Shown: positions 1 through 12,399 of the stretch, in pieces
Layout of the letters: each line of letters begins with the position of its first letter
Numbering within the stretch: the stretch's first letter is position 1
NCBI RefSeq assembly: GCF_020745735.1
Contig: NC_083407.1
Location: 89,333,857-89,397,856, forward strand
Length of the DNA: 64,000 nucleotides
Direction: 5' to 3'
From: Hemiscyllium ocellatum
Taxonomy: Eukaryota
Notes under the pieces: generated by a model
Database searches by the model: none
The model's input: only the letters and a program-made list of their open reading frames with translations
What the model was told of the DNA's origin: nothing
Made by a program: the position numbers and the translations under genes

Positions 1-965
1 GCTAACGCTAAGTTTGTGGATGACACAAAAAATAGTTGAAGGGTAAGTGGTGAACATGAAACAAAGAGTCCATAGAGGGATATAGACAGGTTAATGTGAG
101 TGTGCAAAGGCTTGGCAGATGGAATGTAGTCTGGTGAAATGTGAGGTTCTGCCCTTTGTCAGGAAGAATATAGGAGCTGAATATTACTTCACTGTGGAAA
201 GAAGGCAGAAAGTTGTGACACAGAGGGATTTGGAGGTGCTCATGTATGAAGAGCTGAATGCTAGCATCCAAGTTCAGAGTGCAATTGGGGATGCAAATGA
301 ACGGTGGGCATTAATTTTAAGGGGAGTGGAGTATAAAAATGGGAGGTCTTGCTAAAACTAAAAAAGACACTAGTTAGGCCATGCCTAGAACATTGTGAAT
401 GTATTTTATTCCTTTCTCTGAGGAAAGATATTTTAGATTGGAGACAATTCAGAGAAGGTTCTCAAGATTGATTGCAAGTACAGTGGAACTTTCTCATAAG
501 GAGACATTGAATAGTTTGGGCCTGCTATTGGAGTTTAAAAGAATGAGAGGTGGCCTTATTGAAATGTATGAGATTCTGAAGGGGCTTGTCTTAAGGGGCT
601 GGTACAGGGTAGATGCTGAGAAATTATATCCCCTTATGGGTGAGTCCAGAGCCAGAGAACATAATCTCAGAGTCAGTGGTCACCCAGTTCAGGTAGAGAC
701 AAGGGGGATTTCTTTTCTCAGTGGGTGGTGACTTCATGTAATTCTTTACTGCAGAGGGTTGTGGAGGTTGCTTTGTTAAGTATTATCAAAGCTGGGATAG
801 ATAGATCTTCTTTAAGTAAGAGAAGAAAAGGTTATGGGGGTGAAGCCGGAAAGTGGATTTTAGGATTATCAGATCAACTGAGACTTCATTAAATGGTGGC
901 GCAGACTGTCTTTGGGTTGAAAGGCCTGTTTCTACTCCAATGCCTTATTGCCTTGTGATGTTATG
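1..965 (+). mobile_element. Decayed CR1-clade LINE, 3' portion
   Basis: ORF fragments with CR1 ORF2 C-terminal motifs (LETIQRRFSRLI, RMRGGLIEMYEILKG) and a CR1-type 3' end. Confidence 0.8.
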
Positions 966-2397
966 ATTAATACATGCACAAAGAGACTTCACCAGTTACT
1001 ACTGAAACTCTAATCTGGTTGTAGAAACTTTAAGGAGAGAGTTAGAATGTAATTTGAAAGTTGTGAATTTCACTTTCTAATTCTTGCCGTAGTCTCCCAA
1101 CTCTTTCGGCCTTGCCCACGTTATTCAGATGTGCAAATTCTGCCCAACACCTGTTTCTCTCTCCACAGAGAGGTCCTTGTCAGTCATATTTCCATCGATT
1201 TTGTATTAGCAGCATCTTTTTTTGAATGAGGAATTATCGACTTTAGGATTTTAAAGTGTCTGCAGAACCTGTGTCTTATGGGGACAGTTTGAGGTCTGAA
1301 AACCATGGTACATCATGGTCTGACATCATGAAAAAATGGTGTCTAGGTTCCATAACAAAATCAGGTTTGATATCCGAGATGCATTAGGCTCTGATATCAG
1401 TGGTATGTTGAGGTCAGAATTCATTGTTATATTGGATCTGGTATTAATGCAACTTTTGGGCCTGTTTTCCTGCCCGCATTGGTATCTGACCTTAGAGGTT
1501 CCTTGTTGTTTCAAATATTTGATACTTTGGGGTATGACTTCAGGAGAAATTTGGGGGCTGTGAACTCCAGGAAAAAGTCTATAAACCATGAACAATCACC
1601 AAAATCAGAGCAAAAGCCAGTAGTCTCAAGTTGTAGTAACCAGAATATACATTATTTGCAGAATCTTGGACTTGTTCTGGTAACTGCAGAAGAAAGACTT
1701 CTCTCTGTAGATAGTTTGATTAGAGATGTCCCAAAATGATCTGATGATAAAGTACAGGGAAAATGTATATATTGGGTCTCAAAAATCTGCAAGGCCAGGC
1801 ATTGTTTAATATGGCGTTGATGAAAGGGGATTAGAATGCCTTTGAAGCCATACTGATGTTTGATTATTTAAGCATTCTTTAGCAATTCTCAGATATAATT
1901 ACCATGTAATATAGATTCTCCTATTATTTTTGACTGCAAAAAAAATAGAGATTGAAGGTCTTGAAGAACATTAGAATTTTTAATGTTTTACTTCTTTGAA
2001 AATTGTTGTTTTATGAACGGTGACTTCACATTGTGGCTTTTGATTGTTCAATGTATGCTGGTTGCTTGTCATTATTGTGGCATTTGATAGTTTTCGATTT
2101 GTAAATACTTAATCAAAAATTTGACGCCTAAAGCATTGTGATGACTTGAATCAATCATATTTAACTGAAGTTATGACACCAGGAAGGGTAATGACCATGT
2201 TTATGGTGAAATGTATATGCCGGTATATGTCCTACATGTATTCAAACTAAGTGCTACTCATAATCTTTGTTATTGTACAGTTTAATGAATGACATATGCA
2301 ATGTATTTGTCTCATCAATTTTGCTTTATTTATACTTCAAGATATTTCAGTTACACTGAGGAGTATTTCAGCAAGATAGCCAGATTTTGAATGCCAT

Positions 2398-2673
2398 TTA
2401 GAAATCCCTCATGGGCCTGAAAGACCCAACAGTTGCGTTGTAGCCTCCCCAGTCACTGTATCTCCTGTATTCACTGAGTCTCATGAAGTACTGTCGCCCT
2501 CTGTAGTTGGGATGTTCATAGAAGATCCAGTAACCGTCCATCACATGGCAGGAGTGGATGTCACGGTAACGGAAATGATCATAGACAGATGGACAGTCAT
2601 CCATGAATTCCATCATCTGTCCTCCAAAGTCAGGCCTCTCATAAATCCTCATTCTGTAGGAGCCTCCTCAGTA
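2398..2673 (-). pseudogene. cryg: Gamma-crystallin copy A: orphan exon 3 with in-frame stop
   Basis: Acceptor ttccag, then TAC TGA GGA GGC TCC TAC AGA ATG (paralogs have TAC CGA); stop at 2668-2670. Missense changes vs intact copies (DHF, MRLSEY, FRPMRDF). AATAAA at 2325-2330. No exon 1 or 2 between here and gene B exon 3. Confidence 0.88.
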
Positions 2674-2803
2674 CTGGAATAAATATTTTAAATCATCTTC
2701 AATTTATAAGCATGAAAGTGCACATCTCGTAATGCAAATCACTTAAGAAGAAAGAGATACAAGAGTAGGCATTCAGATTTGACTGATCTATTACCCAAGA
2801 TAT

Positions 2804-3647
2804 AAAGTTAAAAATTGCACAACACCAGGTTATAGTCCAACAGGTTTAATTGGAAGCACACTAGCTTTTGAAGCGACGCTCCTTCATCAGGTGATAGCGG
2901 AGGGCTCGATCGTAACACAGAATTGATAGCAAAAATTTGCAGTGTGATGTAACTGAAATTATACATTGAAAAATTGATTGTCTGTTAAGCCTTTCATCTG
3001 TTAGAATACAATGATAGTTTCACTTCTTTCATGTGTAAATCACAAAACCTTTTTTTAAAAGTTGCATTCTCGGGTTAGCTGTTAACAATGGTGATAGCTG
3101 GACAATATGTTGAAGGCGTTAGCCCCCTGTGTTCTCTGTCTATGACCTGATGTTAAGATTGATTCTAATCTAAAAAGTGAGATAACAGAGTTTTACATAA
3201 ATTCATGCAGTTTTTGAGCTCAGAGTTCTACCTGAATGTATGCTGTTTTACAGCAAAGTGCAATGTAACTCTGCAAGTATAAATTCACCCCACAAAATAT
3301 ATGTGTGCATGTGGGTCTTTGTCTGTCTGTGTGTGTGTGTCTGTCTGGGGTGGGGGTTGTGAGTGTGAGAAAGTGTGTGTGTGTGTAGTGAGTGCAGAGT
3401 GTCTTAAGTCTATGAGGGGGTGCATGTGTGAGTGTGGGAGTGTGTGTGTCTATAAGGGTGTGTGTGGGTGTCTGTGTGCGCATCTGTGTGTACCTGTGTC
3501 CGTGTGTATGTGAGAGTGTGTGTGTGTAGGAATATCTGTGTGTGTGTGTGTGTGTGTGTGTGTAGTGCAATGGTGATCACCTGTAATGTGACATGAACCC
3601 AAGGTCCCGATTGAGGCCCTCCCTATGGGTACTGAACTTAGCTATCA
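2804..3647 (-). mobile_element. 5'-truncated Penelope-like element: GIY-YIG ORF C-terminus plus 3' pLTR with CA-rich tract and hammerhead motif
   Basis: Minus strand 3645-3577 reads IAKFSTHREGLNRDLGFMSHYR*. Hammerhead-like cac-CTGATGA-aggagcgtcgcttc-aaaa-gcta-gtg at about 2858-2893 (GAAA decayed). Confidence 0.8.
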
Positions 3648-4799
3648 CCTAATGGGTTTTGAGTTTTTGAGTTTTGAGATCAACATCGCTATAAATAAAA
3701 TAATTTTTCAGGAGCTGGAAAATCAGGCTGCTTAGAAAAGACATTGAACATGATAAATTAATCAGTTCAGCAAATGTCTCATCATGAGAGGAACCTGCAA
3801 GGGGCACTTCTTATTAACAGTACAATATTAGGGATAGTCACTTAAAATTGTTGATTAATTGCAAATTAACTCCTGCATGATTGTACTATTGCTTTTAACT
3901 GTTTTCTACTCTTTGGTGGAATGTGATTTTATATAGAAGCAAAGGTTCTGTGATTTGATGATCTGGGATTTGGGGCCATTGCCTCCATAAAGTCAATTGT
4001 TAAATGCAGTACAATTGAACTAATCTCATGTCCTCAATTTAACTCTAGTTAGACCTCTTCTACAAAATAACCTTTACAAGCTGTAATTTCAAAGGCATGC
4101 CTGATCATTTTATGTGCAGAGAATAGAAATTTAAATTGTATTTGTACAGCTATGCAGATGAACCTCTGATGTAAGGCGTTACCTCACTGTGACTTCAGTA
4201 GTCATGTGACAGGACTGTGCTACAAGGTTGGGATTGTACAGCACACAGAATACAGCTCTGCAACCTTTTCATTTGTTGTTAAATATTGTTTAGAAGCAGC
4301 CCAGAAGTCTGATCTGAGCTTGTGGAAGGTACAGATGACATCATACTATAATAGTATCAGCAATCACAAATGTATCCTGCTCCTATATCAGGAAATACTC
4401 TTCTTTCATATTTCTAACACCCTGTAACAAGAGGCAAGAAAGGCTGGGTATGCAAATAATCGATCTTTTCCTAATCTCTACCTTCTAAGGATTGTCTGGC
4501 TATCACAGTATCACTTGTTTTTTGTAGATTTTCATTTTTACCATTGCAACTGTGATCTTTCAACCAAGGCATGTGTGAACTTTATTCTACTTTTCCTGTA
4601 AGCCACACCAGTGATGTGGAATTGAAACATTCAACTGCTTTTAAGAGTAAACATCATAAATTAAACTGGTCTACACTATGTTTTGTAAAATTAGAGCATT
4701 TTATAGTTAGTTGGTTTGTAGATAATAATTCATTGAAGTCAATTGTAAAGTAAGAGATGTCCATTAGTCTTGTAATCTAAGTGTCAAAGTCCATTCAAT

Positions 4800-5026
4800 T
4801 GCATGTGGGTCTTTGTCTGTGTGTGTGTGTCTGTCTGTCTGAGTGGGGTGGGGTTGTGAGTGTGAGAAAGTGTGTGTGTAGTGAGTGCAGAGTGTCTTAA
4901 GTCTGTGAGGGGATGTATGTGTAAGTGTGGGAGTGTGTGTGTCTACAAGGGTGTGTGTGGGTGTCTCTGTACGCGTCTGTGTGTACCTGTGTCCGTGTGT
5001 ATGTGAGAGTGTGTGTGTGTAGGAAT
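4800..5026 (-). repeat. Second copy of the TG-rich internal segment of the Penelope element
   Basis: Colinear with 3306-3533, including the non-microsatellite spacers. Confidence 0.8.
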
Positions 5027-5117
5027 CTGTCCTCCAAAGTCAGGCCTCTCATAAATCCTCATTCTGTAGGAGCCTCCTTGGTATTGCAATAGACAGAGGA
5101 TCAAGATGAGATTAGAT
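5025..5117 (-). pseudogene. Partial duplicate of gene B intron-2 end plus 5' part of exon 3
   Basis: Matches 5408-5500 (offset 383). Acceptor CAG mutated to CAA and codon CGA to CAA; truncated after about 20 codons. Confidence 0.85.
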
Positions 5118-5190
5118 GATCAAATAGAAGCTATTTTATTTAGGTTCGGAAGTGATTTAAACAAAGAAAATAAAATATTTCAACAACAAT

Positions 5191-7768
5191 CTAGAAATCC
5201 CTCATGCGCCTGAAAGATCCGATGGTTGAGCTGTAGCCTCCCCAGTCACTGTATCTCCTGTATTCACCGGGTCTCATGAAGTACTGTCGCCCTCTGTAGT
5301 TGGGATGTTCATAGAAGGTCCAGTAACCATCCATCACATGGCAGGAGTGGATGTCACGGTAACGGAAACGATCGTAGACAGATGGACAGTCATCCATGAA
5401 TTCCATCATCTGTCCTCCAAAGTCAGGCCTCTCGTAAATCCTCATTCTGTAGGAGCCTCCTCGGTACTGCAATAGAGAGAGGATCAAGATGAGATTAGAT
5501 TCCCTACTGTGTGGAAACAGGCCCTTCGGCCCAACAAGCCCACACCGACCCTCTGAAGAGTAACCCACCCAGACCCATTTCTCTCTGACTAATGCACCTA
5601 ACACTATGGGCAATTTAGCATGGCCAATCCACCTGACCAGAGCACCCGGAGGGTGCCCACGCAGACACAGGGAGAATGTGTAAACTCCACACAACAGTCA
5701 AATGAGGCTGGAATTGAACCTGGGACCCTGGTGCTGTGAGGTAGCAGTGCTAACCACTGAGCCATCTTGCTGCCGATTGCAATTTTCTTCAAATATAAGT
5801 CAGCTCCTATATTGCAAAGATAACAAGTTCTGAAAGCAAGAGATTCAGATCCAAATCCTTTCAACCAAGGAGCAGTTGAGTGTGCAAATCTTTTTAATTG
5901 TTTTTTTAGCTAACTTTAGAGGATCTGTACTAAGTTATTTCCTTAAGTTCTATGTGGTTAGACATATTTCTTATTGTGAAGGTGATCCTTCAGAATTCAC
6001 ATAAGGGGATGTAAAACATAACCACAAAGCTACGGACCACAAATATAAGATTCATTCATTGAGTTCTGCCCAAAGGCAGCTGTCAGTGATAGTTTGCCAT
6101 TGCCTTCCAGTTCTTAGGAGCAGGGAGAGGAGGAGACCCAAATTTATCTCACTTGGATTAAAAACTGAACCCTGTACTAGCCATTGAGACAATTGAATTA
6201 ACCAGCCACTAGCAGACTCAACAATGAATTCTGGATTATCACTTTTACCGAGAGGGGGGTTAGAATGTGGAAATCATTGCCTTAAGGAGTCATTGAGGTG
6301 TATAGCATGGATGCATCGAAGGAGATGTTCGATAAAAGCATGAGGGAGACTGGAACAGAAAGATATATTGATGTTGGTTGATGACGAAGTTCAGGAGTAA
6401 GGCTCCTGAGCAGCACAAACAGAACATTTGGGTTAAATGGCCTGTTTCTAGCCTGTAAACAGCATTTAATATATATGAAGTTAGGAGCACTGATAACATA
6501 TGTTAACAGATTCCAATTAAGCCATCCACTTATCAGCAGGTGAATGTATAAATTATAACAATGCAATCCAACAATGCAATGCAATGCAATTCAATCCTTA
6601 CTTCTGGATATTTGATCCATATGTACGATTAAGTTATCCTATCGAATGATTGGGTTTTTAATGGGTGTGGACTTAGATTCGTAATGCCATGGGAGGTAAT
6701 ACTAAGGAGCCAAATGTTCTTCTGCTCATGTTGGAGACACCTTGCTCTTAAGAAGGACATTCACACAGGCACCCCCTCCCTACATGTGAAGCTTATCAAT
6801 TACTATCTTCCAATGATGTGACGCTCTGTTTCCACAAAACTCCATTCAACAAGTACACATACCACTCAACAAATATCACGCCTTCAGCTGCTAAAGAGTC
6901 CAAACCAAAGTTACAAGAGTTAAGCTTCCAATTTACAAGTAAAGCTATTTTGAAGTATTTCAACAATTGCGAATCTCTGAATACATAACGCTGAGTAAGA
7001 CACGGTCACAATAGAAACACAGGCAATTGAATTATACAGATGTTTTCACAATGTGTTAACAATCTCAGTACTGTAATAAGCATAGAAGTCAATTTCTGGT
7101 CCTCTTGATAAGAACCGAGAGTGTGGTGCTGGAAAAGCACAGCAAGTTAGGCAGTATCTGAGGAGCAGGGGAATCGACGTTTCCAGCATAAGCTCTTCCT
7201 CAGGAATCCTGATGAAGGGCTTATGCCCAAAACTTTAATTCTCCTGCTCCTCAGATGCTTGCCTGATCTGCTGTGCTTTTCAGCACCACACTCTCAAATT
7301 TGATCTCCAGCATCTGCAGTCCTCACTTTCTCCTTCTAGATAAGAACATCCAATTCAACAAATGATGGGGACCATTAAAACTGTTTGATGCTGACAAAAC
7401 TGACAATAAGTTTTCATCAATAAATATTAACTTACCTGTGGGTAGGAGCGACATGACCTGACGCAGTCATTGAATCCCATCCAGCGCTGGTAGTCAGGAT
7501 ACTCTCCCCTGGTCAGAACATACTGGTATCCCATGTAATTGGGTCTCTCATACAGCACCCACCAGTCACTGTCAACACGGATGGAGTTACAGCGGCTGAA
7601 GTAAGGGGACAGGTCGGCACAGTCACTGCTGCACTCATAGTGCCGTCCCTGGAAGTTCCTGTCCTCGTAAAAGATGATCTATGGGAAGGTATATGCTGAA
7701 TTAATAAACTGTGAAAGGAGAAAGTTGCAAACAATGGATAATAATGCAATTATTGTTACCTTTCCCAT
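5191..7768 (-). CDS. cryg: Gamma-crystallin copy B (S-1-like), 175 aa; exons 7760-7768, 7436-7678, 5191-5466
   Basis: ATG GGA AAG|gtaac; exon 2 [20 protein letters not shown]...SCRSYPQ (243 nt); exon 3 [20 protein letters not shown]...SFRRMRDF* (276 nt). GT-AG phase-0 introns, four Greek-key motifs, AATAAA at 5135-5140. Confidence 0.95.
5492..5774 (-). mobile_element. HE1-type tRNA-derived V-SINE (internally deleted), in gene B intron 2
   Basis: A/B-box head (tggctcagtggttagcactgct...ggttcaattcc), V-domain, tctaa-type tail. Confidence 0.85.
7116..7334 (+). mobile_element. Fold-back hammerhead element, family 1, in gene B intron 2
   Basis: Inverted arms centred on tcaggaatcctga. Flanking direct repeat tcttgataagaac (7103-7115) / tctagataagaac (7335-7347). 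Confidence 0.8.
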
Positions 7769-7825
7769 TTTGAGCCCACAGTTAGCTGAGGAACTGACTG
7801 GTTGTAGCCCTGGGGAGCCAGTTGA

Positions 7826-7884
7826 TATTTATATGCTGCGGTACATTTACCATTCTAATGATTCAGAACTGAAATTCAGCAAAA
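7826..7884 (-). promoter_or_regulatory. Gene B proximal promoter: TATA box and AT-rich half-MARE
   Basis: TATAAATA at 7826-7833; TTTTGCTGA at 7876-7884. Confidence 0.65.
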
Positions 7885-8399
7885 GTGCAACAAAACACAT
7901 GGCACACAAAATAAAGAGAACAACTTCAAAGACAAATAAGATGCCATTGATTCTCTCTCTTTGCTGACACATAATTTCATTGTTACTTTACAAAGAAGAA
8001 CAGTGAACGAGATCATTCCCTGCTTTCTGTGCCCTGGTTCTGCTGAACCTTCGGAACAGTCACAAATCTACTACAGTTGTGTTTGCAATGTGACAGCATC
8101 ACCCCCTGCTGAACTGACTAAAATGGGGACTAAACTATCCATTAAAACCTGGTTCCATGATACGTGGTAGAAAATCAGTGTTATATAGCTATATTAGAAA
8201 TGTATATTGTGTGAATTCAGGAAGTGTCAGAGTTTTATGGAGAAGTGCTCAAAGCATTATGCAGAATACATTGCAACAAAAAGGAAGAAACTCGAAGCAA
8301 GATTAGGCTGTTCGATCCATCAAGCCTGCTTCAATGTTCACTATGATCATGGCTGATCATCTATCTCAATACCATATTCGTAATTTCTTCCTATGTCCC

Positions 8400-8800
8400 T
8401 TGATGCCTTTACAATCCATGTGTCCAAATTAATTGTCATTTTTATCCCTCCCTTGTTACCAAACTGCTGTAAATCAGAGTGCCACGCACTTTCCTAGCTC
8501 CATAGTCTGAAATTGATACCCATCTCCAATGCCCTTCTCTTCCATCCCACCAACCTTCCTATTTGACCAAACAGTCTCCGTTATTTCTATCAGTATGATG
8601 CCACCAGCAAACACATCTTCCCTTCTTTCTGTGGGGCCAATTTCCTTCAAAGCACCTTGGCCCATTCCTCTATCATACCCAACATCCTGTCTCCCTCCCA
8701 TAGCACTCTTCTGTGCAAGAACCGCAAATGTAAATCTTGTGGTATGACTTCTCCTTTCCCACTATCCCACACCCATCATGTCCCTCCAGGTTAAACTGCA
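8400..8800 (+). mobile_element. Highly decayed Penelope-like ORF fragment (RT to GIY-YIG linker)
   Basis: QYDATSKHIFPS followed by a Cys-rich CKNRKCKSC-like stretch, resembling the PLE linker. Confidence 0.5.
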
Positions 8801-8802
8801 AT

Positions 8803-9490
8803 TATAGAGTCATGGAGATATACAGCATGGAAACAGACCTTTTGGTCCAACACTTCCACGCCCACAAGATATCCTTAATTAATCTAGTCCCATTTGCCAA
8901 CCATTTGGCTCATACTCTTCTGAACCCTTCCAATTCATATACTCATCCAGATGCCTTTTAAATGCTGTAATTGTACCAGCCTCCACCACTTCCTCTGGCA
9001 GCTCATTCCAAATACGCACCACCCTCTGTGTGAAAAGATTGTCCCATAGATCTCTTTTTAAATTTTTCCCATCTTACCTTAAACCTATGCCCTCAAGTTG
9101 TGGACACCTCATCCTGCGAAACACTCCATGTAGACAGTAAGATCATTAGAACTAGGAAAGGGAGTGGTCAGTTCAGTCTCTTAAGCCTGCTGTACCATTC
9201 AATAAGGTTATGGCTGACCTGACATTCCTCACACCGACATCCTTGTGTTTCCCCATAGCTTTTAATCTTCCTAATGATCACGAATCTATCTCAGTCTTAA
9301 ATATACACAAGGACTCTATCCCCACAGCTCTATGTTGCAAGGAGTTCCAAAGACACACCCTCTGAAAGAAAGAATTCTCAGTCTTACATTGACACCCCTT
9401 TATTATGAGACTTCACTCTCTGGTCCTAGATTCTCTGATGAGGGGAAACTTCCTCTCAGCATTTACCCTGTCAAGCCCCTCAAAAAATCC
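8803..9490 (-). mobile_element. Two adjacent CR1 3'-end fragments
   Basis: CR1 3' tails (catagag/atcattagaa type) followed by typical antisense ORF2 C-terminal sequence. Confidence 0.65.
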
Positions 9491-10104
9491 TTTATGTATC
9501 CTTTATGCTTACAACTGCTCTGGACACTTTGGTCAGAATCAGGTGAACTATAAGAGTTTGTCTCTTATGGAGTAAGGTTGCGGAATATAAGGAGCTGCAG
9601 TAAAGTCCTGTACCAAGGATGAGAGCAAAAGTGCAACCATTCCAGTGAAGGAACAATGGACTGGTGTGAGTAAGTTCAATAGCCGAAGTGGAACTGAACC
9701 TTCCAAACTGTAGACAACTAGAGAAATGGTCCTTAAGAACTGCCTGAAGCTGCCAGGCATTTCCTGTCTAACTAGATAACCAGATTGCAGTTCTAAGGTT
9801 TCATTTCTGAGTATTGCTCTTAATCTAAATTTTCACTTAAGAAAACCTTAACAGAAATTTCAATGTGTATCAACTTCTCTCACAATCAGGTATCATTTCC
9901 TCTCCATGTGTCAGTTTACCCTGTGCAATCTTTAAATGTTTACTTTTATAGATTACTAATGACACACTCCCCCAAGATGCAATTCTAGTTCTGCTCCCTG
10001 CTACAAAAATTAAATCCTATTCAAAGCAACCACCTTACAACTGATTGACAGATATTTGCCACTGTCAGGTAGTTTCTGTCTAACTAGGTTAGTTAACTAG
10101 CATC

Positions 10105-10325
10105 TTCGGGTAAAAAATGAGGTCTGCAGATGCTGGAGATCACAGTTGAAAATGTGTTGCTGGTTAAAGCACAGCAGGTCAGGCAGCATCCAAGGAATAG
10201 GAAATTCGACGTTTCGGGCATAAGCCCTTCATCAGGAATGAAGGGCTTATGCCCGAAATGTCGAATTTCCTATTCCTTGGATGCTGCCTGACCTGCTGTG
10301 CTTTAACCAGCAACACATTTTCAAC
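10105..10325 (-). mobile_element. Fold-back hammerhead element, family 1 (young copy)
   Basis: About 89-bp inverted arms (10144-10232 / 10238-10326) with one mismatch. Perfect 15-bp TSD tagttaactagcatc at 10090-10104 and 10326-10340. Confidence 0.9.
10204..10239 (-). ncRNA. Minimal type I hammerhead ribozyme motif
   Basis: auuc-CUGAUGA-A-GGGC-uuau-GCCC-GAAA-CG-UC-gaau: intact core, 4-bp helix I, 4-bp helix II, palindromic ACGU helix III, GUC triplet. Confidence 0.75.
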
Positions 10326-11299
10326 TAGTTAACTAGCATCCCATTCGAAAGTTCAATTTCAGAGTTTGACTTTTAATCTATCTTTCAACCTGAGAAAAAC
10401 ATACCAACAATTTCCATGTGAATCAAATTTTCAACACTCTAATGTATGTTTTATAAAAATGAATACATAAGTATCTGGGATAAAATATTTTGGGAGGGAG
10501 AATAATTAAAAAAAAATGATGGGACCATTCTTTTAAGATCATTTATTTATCATTGGCATTCAGAATTTCCATTTCTACTCAAAAGAACTTAAATTGGAAC
10601 CTTCAGATTTACAGGCAAAGCTTATACCAACAAAGTCAGTTTTTTGTCACTTTATTTGTACTTCTAAACCAATAGTCAACTCTCTCTACAATTAAGTAAT
10701 GCTTCCAAAAACAGTTATTTGTTGTTCCAGGTAAATTGTATTGACACTGAAATTTGGAATCTCATTAAACATGTGATATGTCAGTTATGGTAGTAGTTCA
10801 TTATAAAGTTTAAATTAGTGATTCCAATCACTGCCAGCAACAAAGTAATCTCACTCACTGCCGAGCACGAAGAAAGCTACCCAACAGTCATTTTGAAGTA
10901 TTCTCACAGACAGCAAATCAGAAAGTAAAAACCACAGAATATCTTCACTTTTAATTTAACTGCTCACAGACAGGAAAATGAATGATTCAGACTTATTGAT
11001 GGGATTAAGGCAGAAGCTAAAATATTATAAACAATTTTAAAGAAGTATATCATTTTAAAGATATGTGAGTATTCAAACATAATGCAGAAATTTGACAATT
11101 AATAAGTATTCATCCAGGGCCAGTGACTGTTTTAGCAGTCATTTTCAATATAATGTGACATTAATTGACCAATTACTCCTCTTGGCACAAAATGTAACTT
11201 ATTTTTACTATTAAACAAATACTATCAGAGTAAAAGTTCTCATCAGATTAATATTCCTATTTGGTTGCATTCTTGGTGATATCACCAACACAGATGCTG

Positions 11300-11650
11300 A
11301 GGAGGCAGAGCATCACTTGCAGCACCTTCTGGATTTCTGCTTTTAACTGTGCAGGCCCAAAACGTTGCTCACAGTTTCACTGTCATTACTACCACAAAAT
11401 ACAAGCAATTGTCTCCTCTCAAGCTTTCAAAGGAGAACAGCAGCAGGAATGTATCAGGTCAACCAATGTTTAAAGGATGGTGCGATATTCCAGGTATTAT
11501 AAAGCCAAGCTCAAAGTATGGAAATAAAGAGGTAAGTCTGGAATACTCATTGGTTCCGTAGATCGAGGGTGAGTAAGAGGCCAGCACAGGGTGTCCAGGT
11601 GGAATACTCATTGTATGGATGGTTGGCAGACAGAAAGTTGTGTTCACTTT
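11300..11650 (-). mobile_element. Possible decayed Penelope-like RT fragment
   Basis: FCLPTIHT..PGHPVLA resembles the PLE RT motif LPKIHK..PGRPIVS; short match only. Confidence 0.35.
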
Positions 11651-12399
11651 TGTCTGTCTTATTTTTAAAAATGTATCAAAACTATGGAAAATGAGAAGTT
11701 TAACGTTATGGGTTGCCTGTGAGGTTTTCGATATGAAGAGTGACAGAAGAACCTGGGACTATTTTGTTTGGAGCAGAGAAGATAAAAGAACATCTCTTAA
11801 AGATCTTCTAAGGTAGATAAAAGAAAACATGTCCATTATAGTGAAGTGGAGGTCTTTAAAGATCATCAGCTAAAGTACATGAAGGGAAATTAGAAGAGTA
11901 TTTCATTTTATTTAAAGAAATGTTGAAATATGAAATTCCCATTTGCAATGTCAGTAAATAGTTACAATTAAATAATCCTCTCATGCAAGGTCCATATTGA
12001 GGATATAATTAAGGGTGATTCTCCTGGATTGTTCTCAGATGCATTGGATCACCAGTTAGGTGGGTAATTCCTATATAGGTGACACCCCTAACCTGCTCCT
12101 TCTCCAGGGCATTCAGACTGTCTGGGTCTGCACTTAAAGAAATGTCCCAATTGCCACTGAGAAATGCACTGATAGTCTAGAATGGTGATCCAAACAAAAG
12201 AACCATAAATCAAATCAATTACAGCAAATGCTTGGCTGCTTAATTATTCCATTTTGTGTAAAAGTGAGATTCTGATTCTCTAAAGTAAGTCTGCATCATT
12301 TTGCTAAACTCCCTGAAAAACAGTAATTACCAAATTGTTATGTCAGAAAAGAAATCAAACAATTGAGCTTCAACATCATGACAAATGAAATCAAAATTT

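Noticed and set aside
2398-2652. 84-aa single-domain crystallins starting at MRIYERP (all exon-3 ORFs)
   Set aside because: This Met is internal to exon 3 in every paralog; no promoter evidence, so it is an artefact of ORF calling.
3220-3570. His/Thr-rich 116-aa ORF
   Set aside because: Translation of CA/TG microsatellite-like sequence in the Penelope 3' region.
5467-5694. 167-aa ORF suggesting a crystallin with a novel N-terminal extension
   Set aside because: The extension is SINE and intron sequence that happens to be open upstream of the exon-3 acceptor; true exons 1-2 lie at 7436-7768.
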